Assembly: GCA_017471045.1 (NCBI GenBank) | Contig: JAFUWZ010000051.1 | Coordinates: 23,798-87,797 of the forward strand | Source of the DNA: Bacteroidales bacterium | GTDB taxonomy: Bacteria > Bacteroidota > Bacteroidia > Bacteroidales > UBA932 | Direction of reading: 5' to 3' | DNA: 64,000 bases | In this document: one piece after another, positions 19,630 through 28,114 of the stretch | How positions within the stretch are numbered: the stretch's first letter is position 1 | How the letters are laid out: each line of letters begins with the position of its first letter | Notes under the pieces: model-generated | The model's database searches: none | Told to the model about the DNA's origin: nothing | Seen by the model: only the letters and a program-made list of their open reading frames with translations | Position numbers and translations under genes: made by a program

Positions 19630-20430
19630 CTAAAAGGCTGAACCCTCTGCCTCTTCCACGGCCTTGAAATAGGCGACGTTGGCGGGATCCAGGTCCTTGG
19701 CGGCGCCGGCGTCGAGGACGACGGTGCCATATTCGACCAGCTGCAAGGCCGAGAGTGTGTTGGTATGCGTGACGGGGCCTTCGATGCCCCCCCGGGCCGC
19801 CCGGGCTTTCTTCTCGCCGAAGCCGAGGATCAGCACCTCGCGCGAGTTGCAGACCGTCGCGACCCCGACGCTCATCGCCTGCGCGGGGACTTTCGTCCAA
19901 TCATTGTCAAAGAAACGGGAATTGACGACACGGGTGTCGTGCGTGAGCGTGACGACGCGCGTGCGGGACTGCAGGGAGGAGAAGGGCTCATTGAAGGCGA
20001 TATGTCCGTCCTCGCCGATGCCGCCGAGGAAAAGATCGATGCCGCCGGCGTCCAGGATGGCCTCTTCATAAGCCTCGCACTCCGCCTCGAGATCCGGAGC
20101 GTTTCCGTTCAGGATATGGATATTCTCCCGGGGGACGTCGATGTGGTCGAAAAGGTTCCGGTGCATGAACGCGTGATAGCTCTCGGGATGCGACTCGGGC
20201 AGGCCGACATACTCGTCCATGTTGAAGGTGATCACGTTCTTGAAAGAGACTTCGCCGGCTTCGTACATGCGGCGCAGTTCCTGGTATGTACCGAGCGGCG
20301 TCGAGCCGGTCGGCAGGCCGAGGACGAAGGGCTCGTCGGTGACGGCAGCCTTGGCTTTGATCTTGGAAACGATGTAATGGGCAGCCCAGAGGGAAGCCTC
20401 CTCAGCGGTGTTGCGAATGATAACTTTCAT
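19630..20430 (-). CDS. nagB: Glucosamine-6-phosphate deaminase
   Basis: LGLPTGSTP, TFNMDEY, HILNG, GGIGEDGHIAFNEP. Start MKVIIRNT at 20430. Confidence 0.96.
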   Translation of the reverse strand: MKVIIRNTAEEASLWAAHYIVSKIKAKAAVTDEPFVLGLPTGSTPLGTYQELRRMYEAGEVSFKNVITFNMDEYVGLPESHPESYHAFMHRNLFDHIDVPRENIHILNGNAPDLEAECEAYEEAILDAGGIDLFLGGIGEDGHIAFNEPFSSLQSRTRVVTLTHDTRVVNSRFFDNDWTKVPAQAMSVGVATVCNSREVLILGFGEKKARAARGGIEGPVTHTNTLSALQLVEYGTVVLDAGAAKDLDPANVAYFKAVEEAEGSAF

Positions 20431-20450
20431 AGTCTTTGACTTTATCCGTC

Positions 20451-20479
20451 CAAATTTACGAAATAAAAGTATATATTTG
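20451..20479. promoter_or_regulatory. Back-to-back -7 elements: TAAATTTG (minus, 20451-20458, nagB) and TATATTTG (plus, 20472-20479, lnt)
   Basis: Two TAnnTTTG matches in the 55-bp divergent gap. Confidence 0.7.
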
Positions 20480-20485
20480 TCTGCC

Positions 20486-22105
20486 ATGCGAAATATTAAG
20501 TTGACTTTGTGGCTGTCCGCCTTTACCTTCGCCGTCCTGATGAGCGTCCCGTTCCTGGTCCCGCACCTGGGCTGGGTCGCGCTTTTCGGCTTTGTGCCGC
20601 TGTTGATGATGGATGCGGTCGCGGATGCCCACAAGGTCCGCCATTTCTTTGGGTACCACTATGTCGCTTTCATCCTCTGGAACGCGTTCACGACCTTCTG
20701 GGTGTGCAACGCGACGGTCGGCGGCGGCATTTTCGCCGTACTGGCCAACGCCCTGCAGATGTCGCTGGTCTGGGGCCTGTTCCGCCTGTCGAAAAAGCGC
20801 TTCAGTGGCTTTCTGCCTTATGTGTTCCTCGCCTTGCTGTGGATCGCGTGGGAGCGCTGGTACCTGACCTATGCGCAGATCTCCTGGCCCTGGCTGGTGC
20901 TGGGCAACGCCTTCGCCCGCACGACCCGCTGCATCCAATGGTACGAGTACACCGGCACGCTGGGCGGCTCGCTCTGGATCTGGGCTTCCAACCTGTGCCT
21001 CTTCGCCCTGACGAAAAAGCTGATGGACGGGTCCTGGTACACGATGACCTTCAGGGCCCGGGTCGTACTGCCCCTGGCGACGATGCTGATCCTGGTGACC
21101 CCCTTTATCCTGTCTTCCAAGATCTACCGGGACTATGAAGAGGTCTCTGAAAGCACGCTGGATGCCGTCATCGCCCAGCCCAATTTCGATCCTTACGAGA
21201 AGTTCGTCTCGATGACGCAGGCGCAGCAGAATGTGATCCTGCTGGATCTGTTCCGGCAGGGGCTGGCCGAGCGTCCGGACTCCACGGCCCCCGTGCTGCT
21301 GCTCGCGCCCGAGACGTTCACGTCTGATATCGTCGCCGGCCGGGAAGCGGTCAGCCCCACCTGGCAGCGTTTCCAGGTCTTCCTGCAGGACCATCCGCAG
21401 GCCGGCCTGCTGTTCGGTGCCTCCACACTGGAACCGCTCGGAGCGGACCGGGGCCGATCCCACACCGCCCGTCAGCTGCGTGACGGCAACTGGTACGAGT
21501 CCCACAATTCGGCCTATCTGACCGATGCCGGCGGGCAGGCCGAAGTGTTCCAGAAGTCCAAACTGGTCGTCGGGGTCGAGCTGATGCCCTATCCGGCCTT
21601 TTTCGAGCGTATCGACAACGCGCTGGGCGGCGTGATGGGCCGCTGCGTCGGACAGGAACGCGTCACCACCCTGCCGTTCCGGCCGGCCGGGGCAGAGACG
21701 GTCCCCCTGGGCAGCATTATCTGCTACGAGTCCGTGTATGGCGAGTACTGCACTGATTATGTGAAGGCCGGCGCCCGGGCGCTCTGCGTGATCACCAACG
21801 ACGCCTGGTGGGGCGATACACCCGGCTACCGGCAGCATCTGAGCTACTCCCGCTTGCGGGCGATCGAGACCCGGCGCGACATCGCGCGCTGCGCCAATAC
21901 GGGCATCTCCGGCTTCATCGACCAGCGGGGTGAAATCCGCTCACAGTCCGGCTGGTGGGTCCCGCAGCACATGGAAGGCCAGCTCCATCTCAACAGCCGG
22001 GAGACGTTCTTTGTCCGCCACGGCGACATCACCGGCCGCATCTGCACCTTCGCCGCCCTGCTGCTGTTGCTCTCCTTGGTCGTCCGGCTGATTATCCGTC
22101 GCTGA
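20486..22105 (+). CDS. lnt: Apolipoprotein N-acyltransferase
   Basis: Multiple TM helices plus nitrilase domain with E-K-C triad (APETF, QKSKLV, ICYES); FPW-like SWPWLVLG, ITNDAWW, RRDIARCANTGIS. Confidence 0.93.
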   Translation: MRNIKLTLWLSAFTFAVLMSVPFLVPHLGWVALFGFVPLLMMDAVADAHKVRHFFGYHYVAFILWNAFTTFWVCNATVGGGIFAVLANALQMSLVWGLFRLSKKRFSGFLPYVFLALLWIAWERWYLTYAQISWPWLVLGNAFARTTRCIQWYEYTGTLGGSLWIWASNLCLFALTKKLMDGSWYTMTFRARVVLPLATMLILVTPFILSSKIYRDYEEVSESTLDAVIAQPNFDPYEKFVSMTQAQQNVILLDLFRQGLAERPDSTAPVLLLAPETFTSDIVAGREAVSPTWQRFQVFLQDHPQAGLLFGASTLEPLGADRGRSHTARQLRDGNWYESHNSAYLTDAGGQAEVFQKSKLVVGVELMPYPAFFERIDNALGGVMGRCVGQERVTTLPFRPAGAETVPLGSIICYESVYGEYCTDYVKAGARALCVITNDAWWGDTPGYRQHLSYSRLRAIETRRDIARCANTGISGFIDQRGEIRSQSGWWVPQHMEGQLHLNSRETFFVRHGDITGRICTFAALLLLLSLVVRLIIRR

Positions 22106-22387
22106 CGGAAAAGCGCGTGTCGCTGAGCAGACGTTACTGCAGGTTGGATGATACCCGACAGTCCGTGAACCCCGACATCGCAAGGCCGGCAAAAAAGGCC
22201 CCGGCAGCAAACCAGTCCGAATAAAGATCGCCGTTCGTGACATCCGTCCCACTCAGCGTATTGAATGCATGATTATGGTTGTCGATCCTGATATTGACCC
22301 ACTCGCCAGGGCTCAGGATGTGCGAGACAGCCCAACCGGAAATTCCGACGCCGGCCTTTCCCAGGCCCGCCCACTGCACACGACGGA

Positions 22388-25375
22388 CTACCTCCGTGGA
22401 CCGCCGGGGCCGGGGCCACCGAAGCCGCCGCGGGGACCTCCCGGCCCGCCGGGGCCGCCGAAACCGCGGCCCATGTCCTTGTTCATCGTGCCGAAACGCC
22501 AAGTCAGGGAGAGGATGATGTAACGGCCGAGGGTGTTGTTGATCACCTCCGAGTGGTAGTTGGCGCTGTCAGTGACCATCAGGTTCTTGGACTGTCCGAG
22601 GATGTCGTAGGCCTTGAGGGCGAGGGTAAATTTCTTCTTGAAGAGCAGTTTCTGGATTTCGGCATTCCAAATGTACTCCGAGGGCTGCTCAGTCGTATAG
22701 CCCCGATACCAGTTGTAGTTGAAGTCGGTCTTGAGCGTCAGGCCGGTCAGGTCCCAGGTCCAATTGACGGCGGCGTTGACCTGATTGTTCCAGGTTGTCG
22801 TCTGATCGGCACCGGTCAGGATGGTGTACCACGAGCGATTGGCCCGGGTCCGGCCGGAAGCGGACAGTTCCAGATTGTCGTTGCGATAGGTCAGGCGCAG
22901 GCGTTCGACGACATTGAGGCTGTTGATGGTATTGCGGCCGAAGTCAGCCGCATTTTCGATATCCCCGTATTTCGTGAGGAACTGCTCCATGAAGTCGTAA
23001 TAAGCGATGGTCGGGTCGGGCATGCCGCTCATATCCACATTGGATCCCACGTAGTTGGAGGAGTGGGACCAGCTGGAACGGACGAAATTCATCACCGTGA
23101 GGCCGGTCTGGCCGAGCGGGACGTTGAGGAACCCGTTGATCCCGGCATTGCCGGAAGTCGGGCCGTTGAACGGCATCGAGTACTGGGTACCGGTCGTGCT
23201 GCTCCAGGTCGCATTGACGATGGAGTTCTGGACGAAACCGCCCTCGAAATTGACGTTGGCCGAGAAGAAAGTCTTCTTGTTGTTGTAACGGAAGTCGCCC
23301 CGGATCCAATGCGAGAAATAGGGCGCCAGGTTCGGGTTGCCGAAGGAGATGTTGAGCGGGTTGGTGATGTCCGGGACCGGCATCAGCTGCGAGGTGGAAG
23401 GCTGGCTGGAATTGCCGAAATAGAACATCCGCAAGTTGGCGTTGTCGTTGAATTCCGTGAAGATGCGGGCCCGGGGAGACCAGTTCCAGACATCGCTTTT
23501 ATACTCCTTGGGCTCGTAGATCCGCTTCGTGGCGTCCCACTTGGTCGTGCTGTTGTAGGTATGGGTCGGAATGGCGGCGACACCCACCTGGGCGTTCATC
23601 TTCTCCTTCTGGTAACTCAGGTTGGCCCCGATCTCGTGCCGGCGGGAGAGGTTGATGATGTTGTTGGAATAGGTGTAGTCCACCGCTCCCCCGTTGAGCA
23701 TGTCGAGCGTTTCCTTGTCGGAAGTGGACCGGGCCCAGGTGTACCCGTAATTGACTTCCCCGTAGAAATTGCCGCCGAGCGGCTCCGTATAGGTTGCACG
23801 TCCCATGAGGGAGGCGCTCTTCTGATTGCTGGTATAGCTCTGGTCGATGCGCTCCGTCTGCTGCTCCCCGTCCAGATAGGTATGGGTCAGGGACTGGTTG
23901 ATCCCGAGCAGATCGTTGTTGGAGAAGCTGTAACGGCTCATCACGGTCATCGTCCGGCCGGGTTTCCCGAGGCGCTGGCGGAACAGGAAGAACCCGCTGG
24001 TCGAGACGTTCTTGTTGGAACCGTCGTTGTAGCTGTTGCCGTCGTTGGTGTCGGAGACAAGGCCCGTATCGTTGTAGCGGGTCCGGGTCGTGTAATCGTT
24101 CTTCTCCCAGAAACGGCCCGTCCCGAAATTGAGACGGGGCTCGAAGAGGATCGAGGTGTTATCGCTGAACTTGTGCTCCAGGCGCACGCCGATCCGGTGA
24201 CCGCCGGAAACCGTGTTGCTGGCGCCGTCACTGTCGGAGAGCAGGGTGCGGTTGTCGTAGTAGGACTCCTTGTAGCTGCGCTCGCTGACATCCTTGGAGG
24301 TGTAGTTGTAGAGATAGTTTCCGCCGAGGTCCATCCGGTCGTCGAAGAGGGTCCAGGCACCGTTGCCGCCGATCATATAGGAAGTGGTGATGCCGTTGCC
24401 CATGCCCCAGCCGCCACGGCCGCGCCCCATGCCGCCACCGCCGCCGCGCATGCCCTGCATCATCGCGCCGGACAGGTCGTTGAATCCGCGGTTGTTGGTA
24501 TTGTTGGCGTTGACCACGAGGCTGAGCTGCTGCTTGTCGGTGAAGTTGCCGATGAAGCCGGCGCCCTGGAAACGGTAGTCGTTGGGAACCTCTCCGACCG
24601 CGGTGGAGCCGCCCGTGGCAGGGACGTCGTGGCCTCCGCCGGCCATCAGGTTGCCAAAGAGTCCCTTCATCATGCCGGGCTTGATGTTGAGATCCAGGAT
24701 GGTCTCTTCCTCACCGTCGTCGATGCCGGTGAATTCGGCCTGCTCGGACTTCTTGTTGACGACCTTGACCTTGTTGATGATCTTGGCGGGCAGGTTCTTC
24801 GTCGCCAGCTGGGGATCGTCCAGGAAGAAGGTCTTGCCGTCAATGGTGATCTTCTTGATCTCCTGGCCGTTGACGGTCACGGAGCCGTCCTCGGAGACTT
24901 CCACGCCGGGGAGTTTTTTGAGGAGGTCCTCCAGCACGTCGTTGTCGGTGGTCTTGAAGGAGGTGGCGTTGAACTCCACCGTATCTTTCTTGATCACGAT
25001 CGGGTTGCCAACCGCGGAGACGTTGGCCGCATCGAGGACTTCCTTGTCGTCCGCCATCTTCAGGACGCCGAGATCCGTCTTTTCCTTGACTTCAAAATCC
25101 CGGACAAGCGGCTTGTAGCCCATCAGTTCGGCCTTGAGCGTATAGGCGCCCTTCTTGACGGCGTCGAAGCGGACGGCCCCGTCGTCGCCGCTGAGGACAT
25201 ATTTGTACACCTTCTGGGAACCCTGCAGAGTCAGGGAAACCGTCGCAAAGGGGATGGGATTGCCACTCGTTTCTTCAACGAGGCGGGCTGAAACGGTTTG
25301 GGACTGGGCCAGGGCCGGAATGCCGGAGGTCAGCAGGGCCAGCGCAGCAAGTGCGACGGAAAGATACTTTTTCAT
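22388..25375 (-). CDS. Outer-membrane beta-barrel protein with N-terminal carboxypeptidase-regulatory-like domain (TonB-dependent-receptor-like, OMP beta-barrel family 3)
   Basis: Signal peptide; IPFATVSL...; KKDTVEFNA, LLKKLPGVEV plug-like segment; amphipathic beta-strands; Gly/Arg-rich loop and tail. Confidence 0.85.
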   Translation of the reverse strand: MKKYLSVALAALALLTSGIPALAQSQTVSARLVEETSGNPIPFATVSLTLQGSQKVYKYVLSGDDGAVRFDAVKKGAYTLKAELMGYKPLVRDFEVKEKTDLGVLKMADDKEVLDAANVSAVGNPIVIKKDTVEFNATSFKTTDNDVLEDLLKKLPGVEVSEDGSVTVNGQEIKKITIDGKTFFLDDPQLATKNLPAKIINKVKVVNKKSEQAEFTGIDDGEEETILDLNIKPGMMKGLFGNLMAGGGHDVPATGGSTAVGEVPNDYRFQGAGFIGNFTDKQQLSLVVNANNTNNRGFNDLSGAMMQGMRGGGGGMGRGRGGWGMGNGITTSYMIGGNGAWTLFDDRMDLGGNYLYNYTSKDVSERSYKESYYDNRTLLSDSDGASNTVSGGHRIGVRLEHKFSDNTSILFEPRLNFGTGRFWEKNDYTTRTRYNDTGLVSDTNDGNSYNDGSNKNVSTSGFFLFRQRLGKPGRTMTVMSRYSFSNNDLLGINQSLTHTYLDGEQQTERIDQSYTSNQKSASLMGRATYTEPLGGNFYGEVNYGYTWARSTSDKETLDMLNGGAVDYTYSNNIINLSRRHEIGANLSYQKEKMNAQVGVAAIPTHTYNSTTKWDATKRIYEPKEYKSDVWNWSPRARIFTEFNDNANLRMFYFGNSSQPSTSQLMPVPDITNPLNISFGNPNLAPYFSHWIRGDFRYNNKKTFFSANVNFEGGFVQNSIVNATWSSTTGTQYSMPFNGPTSGNAGINGFLNVPLGQTGLTVMNFVRSSWSHSSNYVGSNVDMSGMPDPTIAYYDFMEQFLTKYGDIENAADFGRNTINSLNVVERLRLTYRNDNLELSASGRTRANRSWYTILTGADQTTTWNNQVNAAVNWTWDLTGLTLKTDFNYNWYRGYTTEQPSEYIWNAEIQKLLFKKKFTLALKAYDILGQSKNLMVTDSANYHSEVINNTLGRYIILSLTWRFGTMNKDMGRGFGGPGGPGGPRGGFGGPGPGGPRR

Positions 25376-25402
25376 CAAAACCAACAATTAATAATACTGA
25401 AC

Positions 25403-25430
25403 TTTGACACGCACGCGCGTGTAAGGTTTA
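25403..25430 (-). promoter_or_regulatory. Candidate ECF-sigma-type promoter TAAACC-N16-GTCAAA
   Basis: Only promoter-like signal seen in the 66-bp gap between ruvC and the OMP gene; no TAnnTTTG match there. Confidence 0.3.
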
Positions 25431-25441
25431 AGCACGAACCC

Positions 25442-26002
25442 TTATTTTTTTATTCTCCCAGGATTGGCTTCCAGAAACTTTTTCCAGTTGGTCGCGGCCT
25501 TCGTGCTGGTCAGCGGGCTGGTGAGCTGGTAGTAGTGGCACATCGCGATGGCAAGCGCGTCGGTCGCATCCAGCCATTTTTCCTCGATGTCAATGCCGAG
25601 CGTGCGCTGCACGATCAGACTGACCTGCTCCTTGGAGGCCGCGCCGTTGCCGCAGATGGCCATCTTGGCCTTGCGGGGCGCGTATTCGAAGACCGGGATG
25701 CCGCGGCTCAGCGCCGCCATCATCGCCGCCCCCTGCGCCCGGCCCAGTTTGAGGATGACCTGTGCATTGTGCCCGTAGAACGGGGATTCGATCGCGAGAT
25801 CGTCCGGATGGTGCAGGTCGCAGAGCGTCCCCACTTTTTCGAAGATACGGTGCAGCTTCGCATAGGCGTCCTTTTCCTTGCGCAGGTCCAGTACGCCCAT
25901 ATCCACGAAGCCGGGACGGCCCTTGGTATCCACACGGACGATCCCGAAACCAAGGAGGTTGGTTCCGGGATCAATGCCGAGTATGGTGCGGGACTCAGTC
26001 AA
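25442..26002 (-). CDS. ruvC: Holliday junction resolvase RuvC
   Basis: ILGIDPG, LAIESPF, KLGRAQG, GNGAASKEQV, DATDALAIA. Probable TTG start overlapping the serS stop. Confidence 0.95.
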   Translation of the reverse strand: MTESRTILGIDPGTNLLGFGIVRVDTKGRPGFVDMGVLDLRKEKDAYAKLHRIFEKVGTLCDLHHPDDLAIESPFYGHNAQVILKLGRAQGAAMMAALSRGIPVFEYAPRKAKMAICGNGAASKEQVSLIVQRTLGIDIEEKWLDATDALAIAMCHYYQLTSPLTSTKAATNWKKFLEANPGRIKK

Positions 26003-27266
26003 TCTTGTCGAATCCGGTATAGGGGCGAAGGACTTCGGGGATGACGATGCCCTCAGGCGTCTGATTGTCCTCAAGCAGGGCGGCTACCACGCGCGGAAGT
26101 GCGAGGGAGCTGCCATTGAGCGTATGGGCGAGCTGGATCTTGCCGTTCTCGTCCCGGTAGCGGAGATGCAGGCGGTTGGCCTGGAAGGACTCGAAGTTGG
26201 AAACCGACGAAATCTCAAGCCAGCGGCCTTGGGCGGCGCTCCACAGTTCGAAGTCATAAGTGATCGCGGAGGTGAAGCTCATGTCCCCGCCGCAGAGGCG
26301 CAGGATGCGGTAGCGCAGGCCGAGCTTGTTCACGATCGACTCGACGTGGGCGACCATACGGTCGAGGGCGGCATAGCTGTCTTCCGGCTTCTCGACGCGG
26401 ACGATCTCGACCTTGTCGAACTGGTGCAGGCGGTTCAGGCCGCGGACGTCCTTGCCGTAGGAGCCCGCCTCGCGGCGGAAACAGGGCGTGTAGGCGGTCA
26501 GCGCCTGGGGCAGCTCATCCTGCTGGAGGATGACGTCCCGGAAGATGTTGGTCACGGGGACTTCTGCGGTCGGGACCATGTAGAAATCGTCCGCCGTGGC
26601 GTGGTACATCTGCCCTTCCTTGTCCGGCAGCTGGCCCGTGCCAAAACCGGAGGCCTGGTTGACCATCACGGGCGGTTCGACTTCCTTGTATCCGTCGGCC
26701 GTATTGCAGTCGAGGAAGAAATTGATCAGCGCGCGCTGGAGCTTGGCCCCCTTGCCCTTATAGACCGGGAAGCCGGCACCGGTGATCTTGACCCCGAGGT
26801 CGAAATCGATGATGTCATACTTCTTGCAGAGCTCCCAGTGGGGCAGGGCGCCTTCCGGCAGCTGCACCTCGGGACCGCCCATCTTGACGACTTCGTTGTC
26901 ATCGGAACCCTTGCCGGTCGCAACCAGGTCGCAGGGAAGGTTGGGCAGCAGGACCAGTTTGGCCTCAAGGGCCCTCGCGGCTTCCTCGCCCCGGGACAGG
27001 AGCGCCGAAGAGCGGGCCTTGACGGATGCGACTTCGGCCTTGGCGGCCTCGGCCTCTTCGCGGCGGCCCTGCTTCATCAGGGAACCGATCTCGGCGGCTT
27101 TCTGCTTCTGGACGGAGAGGAGCGCGTCACTCTCGGTCTGGCAATTCCTGCGCTCGGCATCCAGTGCAAGGACGTCCTTGACTATGTCTGCGGCATCGAA
27201 ATTCTTGATAGCGAGCTTCTTGACCACAAATTCAGGGTCGTCACGAAGCATCTTGAGCGTCAACAT
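25995..27266 (-). CDS. serS: Seryl-tRNA synthetase
   Basis: N-terminal coiled coil, PTAEVP, FRREAGS, GLNRLHQFDKVE, EISSVSN, TLNGS. Confidence 0.98.
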   Translation of the reverse strand: MLTLKMLRDDPEFVVKKLAIKNFDAADIVKDVLALDAERRNCQTESDALLSVQKQKAAEIGSLMKQGRREEAEAAKAEVASVKARSSALLSRGEEAARALEAKLVLLPNLPCDLVATGKGSDDNEVVKMGGPEVQLPEGALPHWELCKKYDIIDFDLGVKITGAGFPVYKGKGAKLQRALINFFLDCNTADGYKEVEPPVMVNQASGFGTGQLPDKEGQMYHATADDFYMVPTAEVPVTNIFRDVILQQDELPQALTAYTPCFRREAGSYGKDVRGLNRLHQFDKVEIVRVEKPEDSYAALDRMVAHVESIVNKLGLRYRILRLCGGDMSFTSAITYDFELWSAAQGRWLEISSVSNFESFQANRLHLRYRDENGKIQLAHTLNGSSLALPRVVAALLEDNQTPEGIVIPEVLRPYTGFDKID

Positions 27267-27283
27267 ACTGATTTACTCTTATT

Positions 27284-27320
27284 AAAAAAGGACCTGCGCT
27301 CCTCGTGAAAGCACAAGTCC
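27284..27320 (-). terminator. Intrinsic terminator after rplU-rpmA
   Basis: Minus strand GGACTTGTGCT-loop-AGCGCAGGTCC (11 bp with G-U pairs) followed by U6. Confidence 0.7.
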
Positions 27321-27346
27321 TCCGTTCAACTTTGCAAATCCCGGGA

Positions 27347-27607
27347 TCAGTTCTCGAAAGGAATGACCGAAACGTAGGATTTGTCTTCTTTCTTGCGCGT
27401 GAACTTCACGGTACCGTCGATGAGCGCATAGAGGGTGTGGTCCTTGCCCATACCGACGTTCTTGTCGGGGTTGTGGACCGTACCGCGCTGACGGACGATG
27501 ATATTGCCGGCCTTTACGGCCTGACCGCCGAATTTCTTGAGTCCGAGACGTTTGCTATGGGACTCACGACCGTTCTTGGAACTGGATTGACCTTTCTTGT
27601 GTGCCAT
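27347..27607 (-). CDS. rpmA: 50S ribosomal protein L27
   Basis: [36 protein letters not shown]. Confidence 0.99.
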   Translation of the reverse strand: MAHKKGQSSSKNGRESHSKRLGLKKFGGQAVKAGNIIVRQRGTVHNPDKNVGMGKDHTLYALIDGTVKFTRKKEDKSYVSVIPFEN

Positions 27608-27627
27608 AATGTTTCTTTCTCAAAAAA

Positions 27628-27942
27628 TTAAGCGATCGCGTTGATCTGGATCTTGGTGAGCTTCTGGCGATGGCCGTTGCATTTCTGGAAGCCCTTGCGG
27701 CGGATCTTCTTGAAGACGAGGACCTTGTCAGCCCTGCACTGGTCGTCGAGGACCGTAGCTTTGACGACTGCGCCGTCAATGTAGGGAGCGCCGACCTTCA
27801 CGACGGCATCATCGCCGGCGATCAGAAGGACCTTGTCGAACTCCACGGAAGCACCTTTGCCAGCCGCGAGACGGTTGACGAAGATTTCGTTGCCAGCTTC
27901 CACCTTGAACTGCTGGCCTGCAATGTCTACGATTGCGTACAT
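27628..27942 (-). CDS. rplU: 50S ribosomal protein L21
   Basis: MYAIVDIAGQQFKV, GHRQKLTKIQI. Confidence 0.99.
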   Translation of the reverse strand: MYAIVDIAGQQFKVEAGNEIFVNRLAAGKGASVEFDKVLLIAGDDAVVKVGAPYIDGAVVKATVLDDQCRADKVLVFKKIRRKGFQKCNGHRQKLTKIQINAIA

Positions 27943-28037
27943 AAAAACAAACTTGTTAAAAGTTCCGGCCGCAAGCGTCTGTACTTAAACAGCTCTTTTT
28001 CAATGGCTTAACGGTCATCTAAATATTTTTCGGACTG

Positions 28038-28096
28038 CAAAGATAGTTTTTTTGCCGCAAATCGCAAAAATATTTCGCAACTATTCCTTATTTTTG
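28038..28096. promoter_or_regulatory. Divergent -7 elements: TATCTTTG (minus, 28038-28045, rplU) and TATTTTTG (plus, 28089-28096, ATPase)
   Basis: TAnnTTTG matches in an AT-rich divergent gap. Confidence 0.7.
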
Positions 28097-28114
28097 TACA
28101 GAAACATTTATGTT

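Noticed and set aside
19337-19684. Diversity-generating retroelement TR/VR pair
   Set aside because: The mismatches are not confined to adenines on either strand, the repeat is too short, and no reverse transcriptase is present.
22106-22387. RNase P RNA, SRP RNA or tmRNA in this gap
   Set aside because: GGGAAAGGCCGG only loosely resembles the RNase P GAGGAAAGUCC motif and the 3' P4 partner is absent. There is no SRP GNRA/AGCAG domain and no tRNA-like ends.
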